Assembly (NCBI GenBank): GCA_045648085.1
Contig: JAZRNF010000084.1
Span: 489-64,488, forward strand
Reading direction: 5' to 3'
DNA length: 64,000 bases
From: Christensenellaceae bacterium
Lineage (GTDB): Bacteria; Bacillota; Clostridia; Christensenellales; Borkfalkiaceae
The translations under genes and the position numbers were made by a program. The stretch's first letter is position 1. Each line of letters starts with the position of its first letter. This document shows positions 7,945-16,915 of the stretch, in pieces. The notes below the pieces were generated by a model. That model saw only the letters and a program-made list of their open reading frames with translations, searched no databases and had not been told where the DNA came from.

Positions 7945-9627
7945 ATGAATTATAAAAGTTATATATCTAATAAAATTACAATTGAAAACATTACTGCTAA
8001 TGAAATTGAAAGCATGATTATTTTGCCTCCTGATACAAGTTTGGGGGACTATGCTTTACCCTGCTTTAAATTTGCTAAAATTTTAAGAAAAGCACCGCAA
8101 ATGATTGCGGAAGAAATCGCTAATTCGTTTAAGTGTGACGATACGATTACTAAAGCGATAGCCGTTAACGGATATTTAAACTTTACGGTTAATCGTTCGG
8201 GCTTTGCCGTGTCTACTTTAAACAAAGTTCTTAATGAAGAAGATGGGTATGGTAGTTCTACGCTCGGCGCAGGTAAGACTGTGGTTATAGACTATTCGTC
8301 TATAAATATCGCAAAGCCTTTCCATATCGGTCACTTATCAACAACCGTTATAGGCGGTGCGCTTTATAGAATTTATAAGTACTTAGGTTATAACGTAGTT
8401 GGTGTAAATCACCTTGGTGACTATGGTACTCAATTTGGTAAACTTATTTACGCTTATAAAAATTGGGGCGAAAAAGAAAAGGTTGAACAAGGCCGTATTC
8501 GTGAACTTACAAGGCTTTACGTTAAATATCACGAAGAAGCGGAGAAAGACCCGTCTTTAGACGACGAAGCACGTGCATACTTTAAAAAGATTGAAATGGG
8601 CGATAGCGAATGTTTAGAACTCTTTAATTGGTTTAAAAAGTTAACGCTCATTGACGTTGATAAGGTTTATAAAGAACTGGATATTACGTTTGACAGTTAT
8701 AATGGCGAAAGTTTTTATAACGATAAAATGACGCCTATTATTGAAAAATTAGGCCAAAAAGGTTTACTTAAAGAAAGTGACGGTGCTAAGATTGTAGACT
8801 TATCTGAATACGATATGCCACCTTGCTTAATTTTAAGGTCTGACGGTGCGTCGCTTTACGCAACGCGTGATTTGGCGGCGGCTTTTTATAGAAAACAAAC
8901 TTACGATTTTTATAAGTGCTTATACGTAGTTGCATATCAACAAAACTTACACTTTAAGCAATTCTTTAAAGTTGTTGACCTTATGGGCGAAAGTTGGGCT
9001 AAAGACTTAGAACACGTTGCATTTGGTATGGTTTCGCTTGAAGAAGGCACAATGTCAACAAGAAAAGGCAACGTGGTTCTTCTTGAAGACGTTATTTTAA
9101 AATGTAAAGAAAAGGCTTACGAAATAATTAATCAAAAGAACCCTAACTTAGAAAATAAAGAAGAAATAGCAAGCCAAGTAGGCGTGGGCGCAGTAATATT
9201 CGGCGCACTTTCTAATAGTAGAATTAAAGATATAGTCTTCTCTTACGACAAAGTTCTAAACTTTGACGGCGAAACAGGTCCTTACGTTCAATACACTTAC
9301 GCAAGGTGCAATAGCGTACTTAATAAGGGTGGCGAAATTGGTAGTTATACAATTTCTAACCTTAACGAATACGAATACAACTTAGTTAACGAAATTCAAA
9401 AATTCCCACAAATAGTAAATACTGCCCACGAGAGATATGAGCCTAGTTTAATAACTAGATATACCGTTGACTTGGCAAGTGCATACAACAAATTCTATTT
9501 TGAGTGCAAGATTTTAGGAGAAGAAGAAAACGTTAAAAACGTAAGGCTTGCTTTGACGAAGGCAACTAAAATAACTCTTAAAAACGCTCTTAGTTTATTG
9601 GGTATTAAAACACCTGAAAAAATGTAA
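7945..9627 (+). CDS. argS: Arginine--tRNA ligase
   Basis: Class I HIGH-type motif (PFHIGH), an MSTRKG (KMSKS-like) motif and an N-terminal Arg_tRNA_synt_N-like region; 560 aa. Confidence 0.92.
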   Translation: MNYKSYISNKITIENITANEIESMIILPPDTSLGDYALPCFKFAKILRKAPQMIAEEIANSFKCDDTITKAIAVNGYLNFTVNRSGFAVSTLNKVLNEEDGYGSSTLGAGKTVVIDYSSINIAKPFHIGHLSTTVIGGALYRIYKYLGYNVVGVNHLGDYGTQFGKLIYAYKNWGEKEKVEQGRIRELTRLYVKYHEEAEKDPSLDDEARAYFKKIEMGDSECLELFNWFKKLTLIDVDKVYKELDITFDSYNGESFYNDKMTPIIEKLGQKGLLKESDGAKIVDLSEYDMPPCLILRSDGASLYATRDLAAAFYRKQTYDFYKCLYVVAYQQNLHFKQFFKVVDLMGESWAKDLEHVAFGMVSLEEGTMSTRKGNVVLLEDVILKCKEKAYEIINQKNPNLENKEEIASQVGVGAVIFGALSNSRIKDIVFSYDKVLNFDGETGPYVQYTYARCNSVLNKGGEIGSYTISNLNEYEYNLVNEIQKFPQIVNTAHERYEPSLITRYTVDLASAYNKFYFECKILGEEENVKNVRLALTKATKITLKNALSLLGIKTPEKM

Positions 9628-9630
9628 ATT

Positions 9631-10284
9631 ATGAAAAAACTTATTATATTTGACGTTGATGGAACACTTCTTAACACCGCTGAAGATATTAGATATTCTA
9701 TGAATTTAGCGCTTGAGAAATACAGTTTAGAACTTTTAACGACAAAAAGGCTTGAAAGCCTTTTTGCACATACTGCTGAAAATATTTTTAAAATCGTTAT
9801 ACCTAAAGAAAAACAATATTTGTATGACGACGTTTTTAAAACTTATTTAAACTCTCAATTAAACACAACTCACGAAAAAACCGTTTTATACGATGGTTTA
9901 GAGGAACTTTTAGTAAAACTTAAAAAAGACGGATATAAGTTAGCGCTTATAACTAATAAAAAAGACGACATACTAAAAGTGGTATACGATAAAAAGTTAA
10001 AAGATTTTGGTTTTGACTTTTTTATGGGTTATAGCGAAGGTTTATTTTTACCAAAGCCAGACAAGTCTTCAATTGAGTATTGTTTAAAAACTTTAAACGT
10101 AAGTAAAGAAGAAGCCGTTTATATTGGCGATAGCGAGGTTGACGTTAAAACGTGGCAAAACGCTGAAATTGACGGTATTGGCGTACGTTGGGGCTTTGCA
10201 GGTGACGGAGAACTTGAAAAAGTAGGTTGCAAAATTTTTGCAAATACTCCACAAGAACTTTACGAAAAAATAAAGGGGTTGTAA
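9631..10284 (+). CDS. HAD-IA family hydrolase (phosphoglycolate-phosphatase-like), paralog 1
   Basis: DVDGTL motif I, TNK motif II, GDSEVD motif IV. Confidence 0.8.
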   Translation: MKKLIIFDVDGTLLNTAEDIRYSMNLALEKYSLELLTTKRLESLFAHTAENIFKIVIPKEKQYLYDDVFKTYLNSQLNTTHEKTVLYDGLEELLVKLKKDGYKLALITNKKDDILKVVYDKKLKDFGFDFFMGYSEGLFLPKPDKSSIEYCLKTLNVSKEEAVYIGDSEVDVKTWQNAEIDGIGVRWGFAGDGELEKVGCKIFANTPQELYEKIKGL

Positions 10285-10293
10285 GAGGCTACA

Positions 10294-10950
10294 ATGAAAA
10301 AACTTATAATTTTTGATTTAGACGGTACGCTACTTGATACCATAGAAGATATACGCTATACCTTAAACGCCGTCTTAGAAAAATACAACATAAAAACGCT
10401 AAATAGAGAAGAACTTATTAAAAAAGTTGGGTTTGGCGCTAAAAGGCTAGTAGAACTTGCCGTTCCTGAAGACAAAATGGATAAGTTTGACCTAATTTAT
10501 AACGATTACGCTACGGCATTACTTAACTGCACGAACGAGCGCACCGTTTTATACGACGGTTTAGACGAAGTTTTAAAATTACTTAAAAAAGACGGTTATA
10601 GGCTAGCAGTCGTTTCAAACAAACCTGACGATGCTGTAAACGTTGTGTGTGAGCAAAAACTTGGCACTTATGGTTTTGACTTTTTTATGGGCAATAACGC
10701 TAAACTTTTTAAGCCAAAGCCTGATAAGTCTTGCGTAGAATTTTGTTTAAATAAGTTAAGCGTTAGTAAAGAAGACGCAGTGTACGTTGGCGATAGCGAA
10801 GTTGACGTTAAGACGTATTTAGCCGCTCAAATAGACGGTATTGGCGTGCTTTGGGGTTTTAGAACTAAAGAAACGCTAGTTGAAGCAGGGTGTGACTGTT
10901 TAGCGTCAACGCCACAAGAATTATACGAAAAAATAAAATCTTTTAATTAA
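10294..10950 (+). CDS. HAD-IA family hydrolase, paralog 2 (tandem duplicate)
   Basis: DLDGTL, SNK and GDSEVD motifs. It is colinear with the upstream paralog along its whole length. Confidence 0.8.
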   Translation: MKKLIIFDLDGTLLDTIEDIRYTLNAVLEKYNIKTLNREELIKKVGFGAKRLVELAVPEDKMDKFDLIYNDYATALLNCTNERTVLYDGLDEVLKLLKKDGYRLAVVSNKPDDAVNVVCEQKLGTYGFDFFMGNNAKLFKPKPDKSCVEFCLNKLSVSKEDAVYVGDSEVDVKTYLAAQIDGIGVLWGFRTKETLVEAGCDCLASTPQELYEKIKSFN

Positions 10951-10958
10951 GGTAAAAT

Positions 10959-11540
10959 ATGAAAAAGTTTTTTAGAGAATTTAAAAAGTTTATAACAAAA
11001 GGCAACGTGGTTGACTTAGCGGTCGCCGTAATTATAGGTACTGCATTTAATAAAATAGTATCGTCGTTAGTTGCCGACGTTATAACTCCGCTTATATCTT
11101 TAGCAATCGGCAACGTTAATTTTACCGACTTAAAAATTGTACTTAGAGCGGCTACTGAAACTCTACCTGAAATCACTTTAAACTATGGTCAGTTTATACA
11201 ATATATCATTGACTTTTTAGTGATTGGTTTTACGGTGTTTATTATGGTTAGAGCGTACGCTAAATTTATAGATACGGTTGATTTTAATAAGAATATGTGC
11301 GAAATCGTGCAAAAGAAATTTAACGAGAATACGCCTTTAAATAAGATTGAACAAAAGTGGTATAAAAAGTTTAAAAAACACTATCCAGATAAAGCGCCTA
11401 AGACTTTAGAAGAGCAACAGTTAAACGAAGTGGTTGAAGAACCTAAGACTGAAGTTAAGCCTGAACCTACTGAAACTGAAAAGTTATTAGGTAAAATTTT
11501 AGAGCAACTTGAAAAGTTAAATAAAACGGAAGAAAAATAA
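10959..11540 (+). CDS. mscL: Large-conductance mechanosensitive channel MscL with a charged C-terminal extension of about 65 aa
   Basis: FKKFITKGNVVDLAVAVIIGTAF and two TM helices. The tail from about aa 125 is rich in K, E and P. Confidence 0.88.
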   Translation: MKKFFREFKKFITKGNVVDLAVAVIIGTAFNKIVSSLVADVITPLISLAIGNVNFTDLKIVLRAATETLPEITLNYGQFIQYIIDFLVIGFTVFIMVRAYAKFIDTVDFNKNMCEIVQKKFNENTPLNKIEQKWYKKFKKHYPDKAPKTLEEQQLNEVVEEPKTEVKPEPTETEKLLGKILEQLEKLNKTEEK

Positions 11541-11577
11541 AAAAAGAGTTAGCATTTAGTGCTAACTCTTTTTTTTT
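11538..11577. terminator. Bidirectional terminator between mscL and the convergent amidohydrolase gene
   Basis: Stem agagttagca (11545-11554) / tgctaactct (11560-11569), flanked by an A-run and a T-run. Confidence 0.75.
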
Positions 11578-12463
11578 AATATTTTTTAAGTAATCTTTCA
11601 ATATTTCCGTGATAAATAAGTTCTTTAACGTCTTTAGATAAGTTTAAACTTTCAATAAGGTTTTGGTGCTTATTGTCAAAACAATCACGAGCGTAAACAA
11701 ATCTATCTGGGTGTTTGTTTATAAGTTTATAAGTATAGTCTAAGTCTCTAGTTAAAGCGTCGTGACCTGAGCCTGCCGATATATCACAGTGTAGGTTAGG
11801 GAATTTATCTAAAAGTTCTTCAACCCTACCGCCAGGAATAAGCGGTTTACCTTTAAGAGCGGCACAAGTATAGCAATACTCGTCGTTAGATATAAAAGAC
11901 CAAAATCCAGGTGCGTGACCTAAAAAGTTTGTGTTAGGGCAAGCCTTTAAAACTCTTTCTAAGTTATCTATCGTACCGCCGTACCACCAACTTTTACGTG
12001 GATAGTCGTAGCCTGATAAACAAGCCTTAGGAGCGTCAAAGTGAAGGGTGACAGGAAGACCAGCGTCGCCACAAAATCTAAAATAGTCTATACAGTCAGG
12101 GTTATCGTAAAGCATTCTAACTTTAACTTCACCACAAATTTGAACGCCGTAAATATCAAGTGCCGATTTAAGTACGTAAAGGGCGTCTCTACGCCTTGGG
12201 TCGGGTGCATAGCCTAATATGATTCTATCAGGTGCTTTTTGCTTGTAGTCTAAGCACATCGCAAAAGGAACTAAGTCGGAATCTGTTTTACTTGTCATAA
12301 TTGCGCCACCCATAACGTAAGCGTAGTAAGGCTCATAATCGCTTATAGGTGCTTCCCAACTAAGAATACAAGTTTTATCAATGCCGTACTCATCCATGTT
12401 TTTAATAAATTTGTCAAAATCGTGCCCAAGCCAATTTGGGTGGTTATGCGCGTCAATAATCAT
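11576..12463 (-). CDS. Amidohydro_2 (metal-dependent TIM-barrel hydrolase/lactonase/decarboxylase superfamily) protein, paralog A
   Basis: N-terminal DAHNH metal motif, VTLHFD, GHAPGFW and ARDCFD. Confidence 0.7.
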   Translation of the reverse strand: MIIDAHNHPNWLGHDFDKFIKNMDEYGIDKTCILSWEAPISDYEPYYAYVMGGAIMTSKTDSDLVPFAMCLDYKQKAPDRIILGYAPDPRRRDALYVLKSALDIYGVQICGEVKVRMLYDNPDCIDYFRFCGDAGLPVTLHFDAPKACLSGYDYPRKSWWYGGTIDNLERVLKACPNTNFLGHAPGFWSFISNDEYCYTCAALKGKPLIPGGRVEELLDKFPNLHCDISAGSGHDALTRDLDYTYKLINKHPDRFVYARDCFDNKHQNLIESLNLSKDVKELIYHGNIERLLKKY

Positions 12464-12475
12464 AATACTATCCTT

Positions 12476-13369
12476 TTATTTTCTAACTAATCTTTCGGCG
12501 TTGCCGTGATAAATAAGTTCTTTTACGTCTTTACTTAAATTTAAACTTTCAATAAGTTCTTGGTGCCTACTATCAAAATAATCACGTGCATATAAAAACC
12601 TATCTGGGTATTTATTCATAAGTTTGTAAGTGTATTCTAAATCTCTAGACAACGCAAAGTAGCCAGAGCCTGCCGACATATCTAAGTAAAGGTTAGGGTA
12701 TTTTTCTAAAAATTCTTCAATCTTACCACCTGGGATAACAGGCCCTTTAGGAATTGCTTGTGTAAGACCTAAATCGTCGTTAGAAATATGACACCAAAAA
12801 CCAGGTGCATGACCTAAAAAGTTAGTGTTAGGGCAAGCCTTTAAAACTCTTTCTAAAGTGTCAATATCGCCACCATACCACCAATTTCTTCTATAATACA
12901 AGCGTAGGTAATCGTTACCGTTTAAACTTGCTTCAGGGTAGTCAAAGTGAAGAGTGACAGGAAGACCTGCTTCGCCACAAAACTCAAAATAGTCTAATGC
13001 GTCGGGGTTATCATATAACATTCTAAGTTTTATTTCGCCACAAACTTGAACACCGTACATATCAACGGCAGATTTAAGTGCTTGCAAACCGTCCATACGT
13101 CTTGGGTCGGGTGCATAGCCTAATATAAATCTATCGGGTGCTTTTTGCTTATAATCTAAACAACGACTAAAAGGAATAGGAACGGTTTTAGTTTCACTAT
13201 TTATAATAAGTCCGCTTAAAACTGCATTATAGTTAGGGTCAAATTCGTCATAAGGAGTTTCCCAACTAAGAAGCCAAGTTTTATCAATATTGTTGTCGTC
13301 CATATTCTTGATAAAAGCGTTAAAGTCGTGTTTATGCCAATCAGGGTGATTGTGTGCGTCAATAATCAT
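12476..13369 (-). CDS. Amidohydro_2 family protein, paralog B (tandem duplicate)
   Basis: Same motifs as paralog A. By eye the two are about two-thirds identical, with an identical 19-aa C-terminal stretch (LIESLNLSKDVKELIYHGN). Confidence 0.7.
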   Translation of the reverse strand: MIIDAHNHPDWHKHDFNAFIKNMDDNNIDKTWLLSWETPYDEFDPNYNAVLSGLIINSETKTVPIPFSRCLDYKQKAPDRFILGYAPDPRRMDGLQALKSAVDMYGVQVCGEIKLRMLYDNPDALDYFEFCGEAGLPVTLHFDYPEASLNGNDYLRLYYRRNWWYGGDIDTLERVLKACPNTNFLGHAPGFWCHISNDDLGLTQAIPKGPVIPGGKIEEFLEKYPNLYLDMSAGSGYFALSRDLEYTYKLMNKYPDRFLYARDYFDSRHQELIESLNLSKDVKELIYHGNAERLVRK

Positions 13370-13384
13370 AAATTCTCCTAAAAA

Positions 13385-14287
13385 TTAAATAATGTCGTGG
13401 TCCATTAAAGGTTTACGTTTTCCTTTTTTATGTTCTTTTAAATATGAACTTGAAGATAAGCCCGTGTATTTTTTAAAACATCTACAAAAATACGCAGTAT
13501 CGTCAAAACCTAAAGAGTTTGCAATTTCTTTAATTGATAAATTAGAGCCGGTAAGCAAAGTAATCGCTCTATTTATTTTTAGTTTGTTTATATAGTGTAT
13601 AGGCGTTTCGCCTGTAATTTCTTTAAAAATTCTACAAAAATGCGACTTGGTCATAAAGCATTTATTAGCAACGTCTTCAATCATAATAACTTCGTTGTAA
13701 TGAGAGTGTATATATGAAAAAGCCGTGTTGAGAATTTCTATTTGCCTTGCCGAACGCTTGTCGCTTAACTTGCTTATCTTTTCGTGGTCTATATGGTTTG
13801 TAAGTAATGAATAAAAGACTACGAAACGGCCAAGAGACAATAACAAATCGTCCTTATTTTGTAAGGACTCAAAAAGTTGTTGTAAACTATTATTTAAGGC
13901 ATCGTCTTTACGGATTACGTTTTTAAAGCGTAAAGCGCCGTTTTTATAAGGTAAAAAACAGCGCTCTAAAATTCCACCATTAAAAATTTCTGCTAAATCA
14001 ACGCATAATAAGTGGTAGACGGCATCGTCGCCATCTGCCACTTGATTAACGTGACATTCACATGAATTTACTACTACTATATCTCCTGCTTCGGCACGAA
14101 CGACGTTCGTGCCAAAGTTTATGTGCATTGAGCCTTTAATTATATACTTAATTTCTAATTCTTCGTGCCAATAACTGTTAAAAGCCTCTTGCTTTGTTCC
14201 AACTATGCCACTATTTAAAACGTATATAAATGGAGAGTTAGGTTCGTTAAATACAATCTTTTGATGCTCTACTGAAGTTGAATACAT
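13385..14287 (-). CDS. AraC-family transcriptional regulator (cupin sensor plus 2x HTH)
   Basis: C-terminal HTH_18 pattern (IEDVANKCFMTKSHFCRIFK ... GFDDTAYFCRCFKKYTG). Confidence 0.85.
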   Translation of the reverse strand: MYSTSVEHQKIVFNEPNSPFIYVLNSGIVGTKQEAFNSYWHEELEIKYIIKGSMHINFGTNVVRAEAGDIVVVNSCECHVNQVADGDDAVYHLLCVDLAEIFNGGILERCFLPYKNGALRFKNVIRKDDALNNSLQQLFESLQNKDDLLLSLGRFVVFYSLLTNHIDHEKISKLSDKRSARQIEILNTAFSYIHSHYNEVIMIEDVANKCFMTKSHFCRIFKEITGETPIHYINKLKINRAITLLTGSNLSIKEIANSLGFDDTAYFCRCFKKYTGLSSSSYLKEHKKGKRKPLMDHDII

Positions 14288-14330
14288 TTGGTATTTCTCC
14301 TTTCAAAGCATTAAGTAGTTTTATAATAAA

Positions 14331-15662
14331 TTAGCCTTTAACTGCACCGTACCATTGACCAGAACCCTTGTTAATACGAGCGTCAGCATCGTCAAGAAGT
14401 TCTTTGTAGTTAGCAATAACTTTCTTAAATGCGTTAGCATATTTTTCAATTTCTTCTTTATTATATTTCTTAAACCAAGGAACAGTGAAACAATAGATAT
14501 GTTCAGAGCGGTCACATAAGTGGTCGTCTTCTCTAACGTCTCTATCATTAAACGCTATACGGCTTGGCTTATCTGTGTGCATAAAGTTGAAAGTCTTGAA
14601 GAATGGGTGGTTGTGTAAGCAGAAGTTGCCGTTAGCAGCGCAAGTAAAACCTTCGGCAGTAATTGCTTGAACAAACTTATCAACAGAAAGACCGTCAAGT
14701 TCTTCAGGGATAAATAAACCTTGTGCGTTATAGAAACCTGCCATGTTAGAACCAGTAGATTCGTCAACACGGATAGGTCTAATTCCTGGAAGACCTTCAA
14801 GTAAATCCCAGAAATAGTTCATTGCTTTTCTAATTTCAGCACAGCGTTCGTCATAGTATTTAAGTTGTACTCTTGCGATTGCTGAACATACTTGGTTAGC
14901 ACGACCTTTACAACCGCCGATACCAATGTAAGCGTATGGTTTTAAATAATCAATTTCTTGAATATATTTAGGATTGTTTCTTTCATAGTGTCCGTATGCC
15001 ATAGCGCGTTCGTAAATTTCACGGTCGTCAGTTACTAAAATGCCAAGTTCGCCTGCTGCGAAAGATTTCATACTCATAAGAGACATCGCTGCAACGTCAC
15101 CAAACGTACCAACCTTTTTACCTTTGTATAAACCGCCTTGAGCATGAGAAACGTCTTCAATAACTTTTACGTTGTATTTTTTTGCGATAGCCATAATTTT
15201 ATCCATATCACAAGGATAACCAAAGTAGTGAACTACTACGATTGCCTTTGTTCTTGGAGTAATGCAACGCTCTAAATCGTCTGGGTCCATTGAAAGGTGT
15301 TCGTCAATGTTGCAAAATACTGCGCTTGCGCCGAAGTTAATTGCTTGAGAAACGCTACCCCAATAAGTCTTTGTAGGGCAGATAATTTCGTCACCAACGC
15401 CAAGACCGATAGCGAACATTGCAGCAGAGATTGACATAGTACCATTTGTATAACAAATAGCGTATTTTCTACCTTGCCATTCAGCGAATTCATCTTGAAA
15501 TTTTTCAGTAATTTCTACGCCTGAGAAAGCGTTACGACGAATAACGTCAAGTGCTGCGTCTTCGTCTTCCTTTGTCATGATAGGCCATTTGAAATATTCG
15601 TCAAATGGTGCAGGTGTTTCAATGGCTTTTGGGCCACCATATAATGCTAATTTCTTTTCCAT
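14331..15662 (-). CDS. DegT/DnrJ/EryC1/StrS-family PLP-dependent (keto-sugar) aminotransferase
   Basis: ALYGGP N-terminus, an aspartate-aminotransferase-fold core and a candidate PLP lysine in SLMSMKSF. Confidence 0.75.
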   Translation of the reverse strand: MEKKLALYGGPKAIETPAPFDEYFKWPIMTKEDEDAALDVIRRNAFSGVEITEKFQDEFAEWQGRKYAICYTNGTMSISAAMFAIGLGVGDEIICPTKTYWGSVSQAINFGASAVFCNIDEHLSMDPDDLERCITPRTKAIVVVHYFGYPCDMDKIMAIAKKYNVKVIEDVSHAQGGLYKGKKVGTFGDVAAMSLMSMKSFAAGELGILVTDDREIYERAMAYGHYERNNPKYIQEIDYLKPYAYIGIGGCKGRANQVCSAIARVQLKYYDERCAEIRKAMNYFWDLLEGLPGIRPIRVDESTGSNMAGFYNAQGLFIPEELDGLSVDKFVQAITAEGFTCAANGNFCLHNHPFFKTFNFMHTDKPSRIAFNDRDVREDDHLCDRSEHIYCFTVPWFKKYNKEEIEKYANAFKKVIANYKELLDDADARINKGSGQWYGAVKG

Positions 15663-15692
15663 AATTTTAAACCCTCCTAAGGTTTTTTCTTT

Positions 15693-15721
15693 ATTATACC
15701 CTACCTTTTAATTTCTTGCAA
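15693..15721 (-). promoter_or_regulatory. Sigma-A-type promoter for the DegT operon (TTGCAA, 17 nt, TATAAT)
   Basis: On the minus strand, -35 is at 15716-15721 and -10 at 15693-15698. SD aggagg precedes the ATG at 15662. Confidence 0.6.
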
Positions 15722-15777
15722 GGGGTTATATTTACAAAAAGTTGGACTATTTTGATATTTTTACTAAAAACGCCTAA

Positions 15778-16728
15778 CTATTTTATGAGTTTTATGACTT
15801 TTTTGTACAACACGTCGTTTCCAATTCTAGATAAATGCACGTTGTCGCATCGCCAAATATCTGTAGATATATTTTCAAAAATACTATAAGTGTCTAAGTA
15901 TTTTGCGTTGTAATTTTTTGCAAGTTTTTTAATAACGCTTACGTATTTATAACTATCGTCAGTTTTAGGTAAGTTTAAGCGTTTAAGGCTTTCATTACTT
16001 ATTATATTAGTTGGCGTTAACAATATAATGTTTTTTGTTTTTAAGGTTATTTTTTGAAGAAGTTGAGAATACTTTTCCTCAAATTCTTTTATTGGGGTTT
16101 TTAAACCCAAGTCGTTAGCACCTAAAATTATAATGGCTAAGTCAAAGTCGTATTTAGAAATATAATCGTCGTAGTTATCTATAAAAAACTCAGTTTTTTG
16201 CGAACCTTTACCGCTAATTATCACTTCTTTACTTTCAGTGGATATGCCTAGTAATGTAAATACTCCGCTGCCTGTAAATTTAATATGGTGGCAGTTTAAG
16301 TTTTCGTTAGCGTTAAGGGTTATTAAAAAAACTTCTCTTGAGCGAAAATAGTCGGGGTTTCCTTTAAAGTCTATCTTTTTGGTATCAAACCCGTTATCTA
16401 TATCTACATTATATACGCCGCCGTCTTGGTGTTTTTGAAGATAAAGGGTTATAGTGCTTGTTTTGTACGGATAATAAAACGCACAACTTTCATTTCCATT
16501 ATACGCCAAAGAGTCAAAAACCGTATCTTCTAATTTAAGTTTAGAAATTTTAAGGTCTTGCCCGTAAGTGAAATTTTTAGTAGTAGAAATAACGTGGTTT
16601 CTAAGTTTATAAGACCACGACAGCATATTTGCAGGGCAAGAAAAGGAATTTAACTCATGAGTTTCTATATAAGTGTAGCGGTTAAACGACAGACTGTCGC
16701 CAGTAATCAATATTTTAGATGCCGTCAT
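15778..16728 (-). CDS. SGNH/GDSL-type hydrolase with an inserted beta-rich domain
   Basis: Block I ITGDSLS, block III GANDLG, block V DNVHLS. About 150 aa lie between blocks I and III. Confidence 0.7.
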   Translation of the reverse strand: MTASKILITGDSLSFNRYTYIETHELNSFSCPANMLSWSYKLRNHVISTTKNFTYGQDLKISKLKLEDTVFDSLAYNGNESCAFYYPYKTSTITLYLQKHQDGGVYNVDIDNGFDTKKIDFKGNPDYFRSREVFLITLNANENLNCHHIKFTGSGVFTLLGISTESKEVIISGKGSQKTEFFIDNYDDYISKYDFDLAIIILGANDLGLKTPIKEFEEKYSQLLQKITLKTKNIILLTPTNIISNESLKRLNLPKTDDSYKYVSVIKKLAKNYNAKYLDTYSIFENISTDIWRCDNVHLSRIGNDVLYKKVIKLIK

Positions 16729-16830
16729 AAATACTCCTTTTAGTTATATTTTAATTATATAACTAAACCCTATAAAAGTCAATATTAAAAATTATAAATA
16801 ACTAGTTTAAATTTTGCGTTTTAATTTTGC

Positions 16831-16859
16831 TTGCTAAACGGGTGTTTAGGTGTTATAAT
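16831..16859 (+). promoter_or_regulatory. Sigma-A-type promoter of the giant lipoprotein gene (TTGCTA, 17 nt, TATAAT)
   Basis: -35 at 16831-16836 and -10 at 16854-16859. SD aaggtgga lies just before ATG 16916. Confidence 0.6.
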
Positions 16860-16915
16860 AAAAATATAATGGAAGCAAATATATTTTTTGATAAAATATA
16901 TTTTTAAGGTGGATT

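Noticed and set aside
14321-15493. Same-strand, out-of-frame ORFs nested in the DegT aminotransferase gene (14321-14548, 14555-14800, 15272-15493).
   Set aside because: The 443-aa frame has the full aminotransferase fold pattern. The nested ORFs have no initiation signals and implausible sequences.
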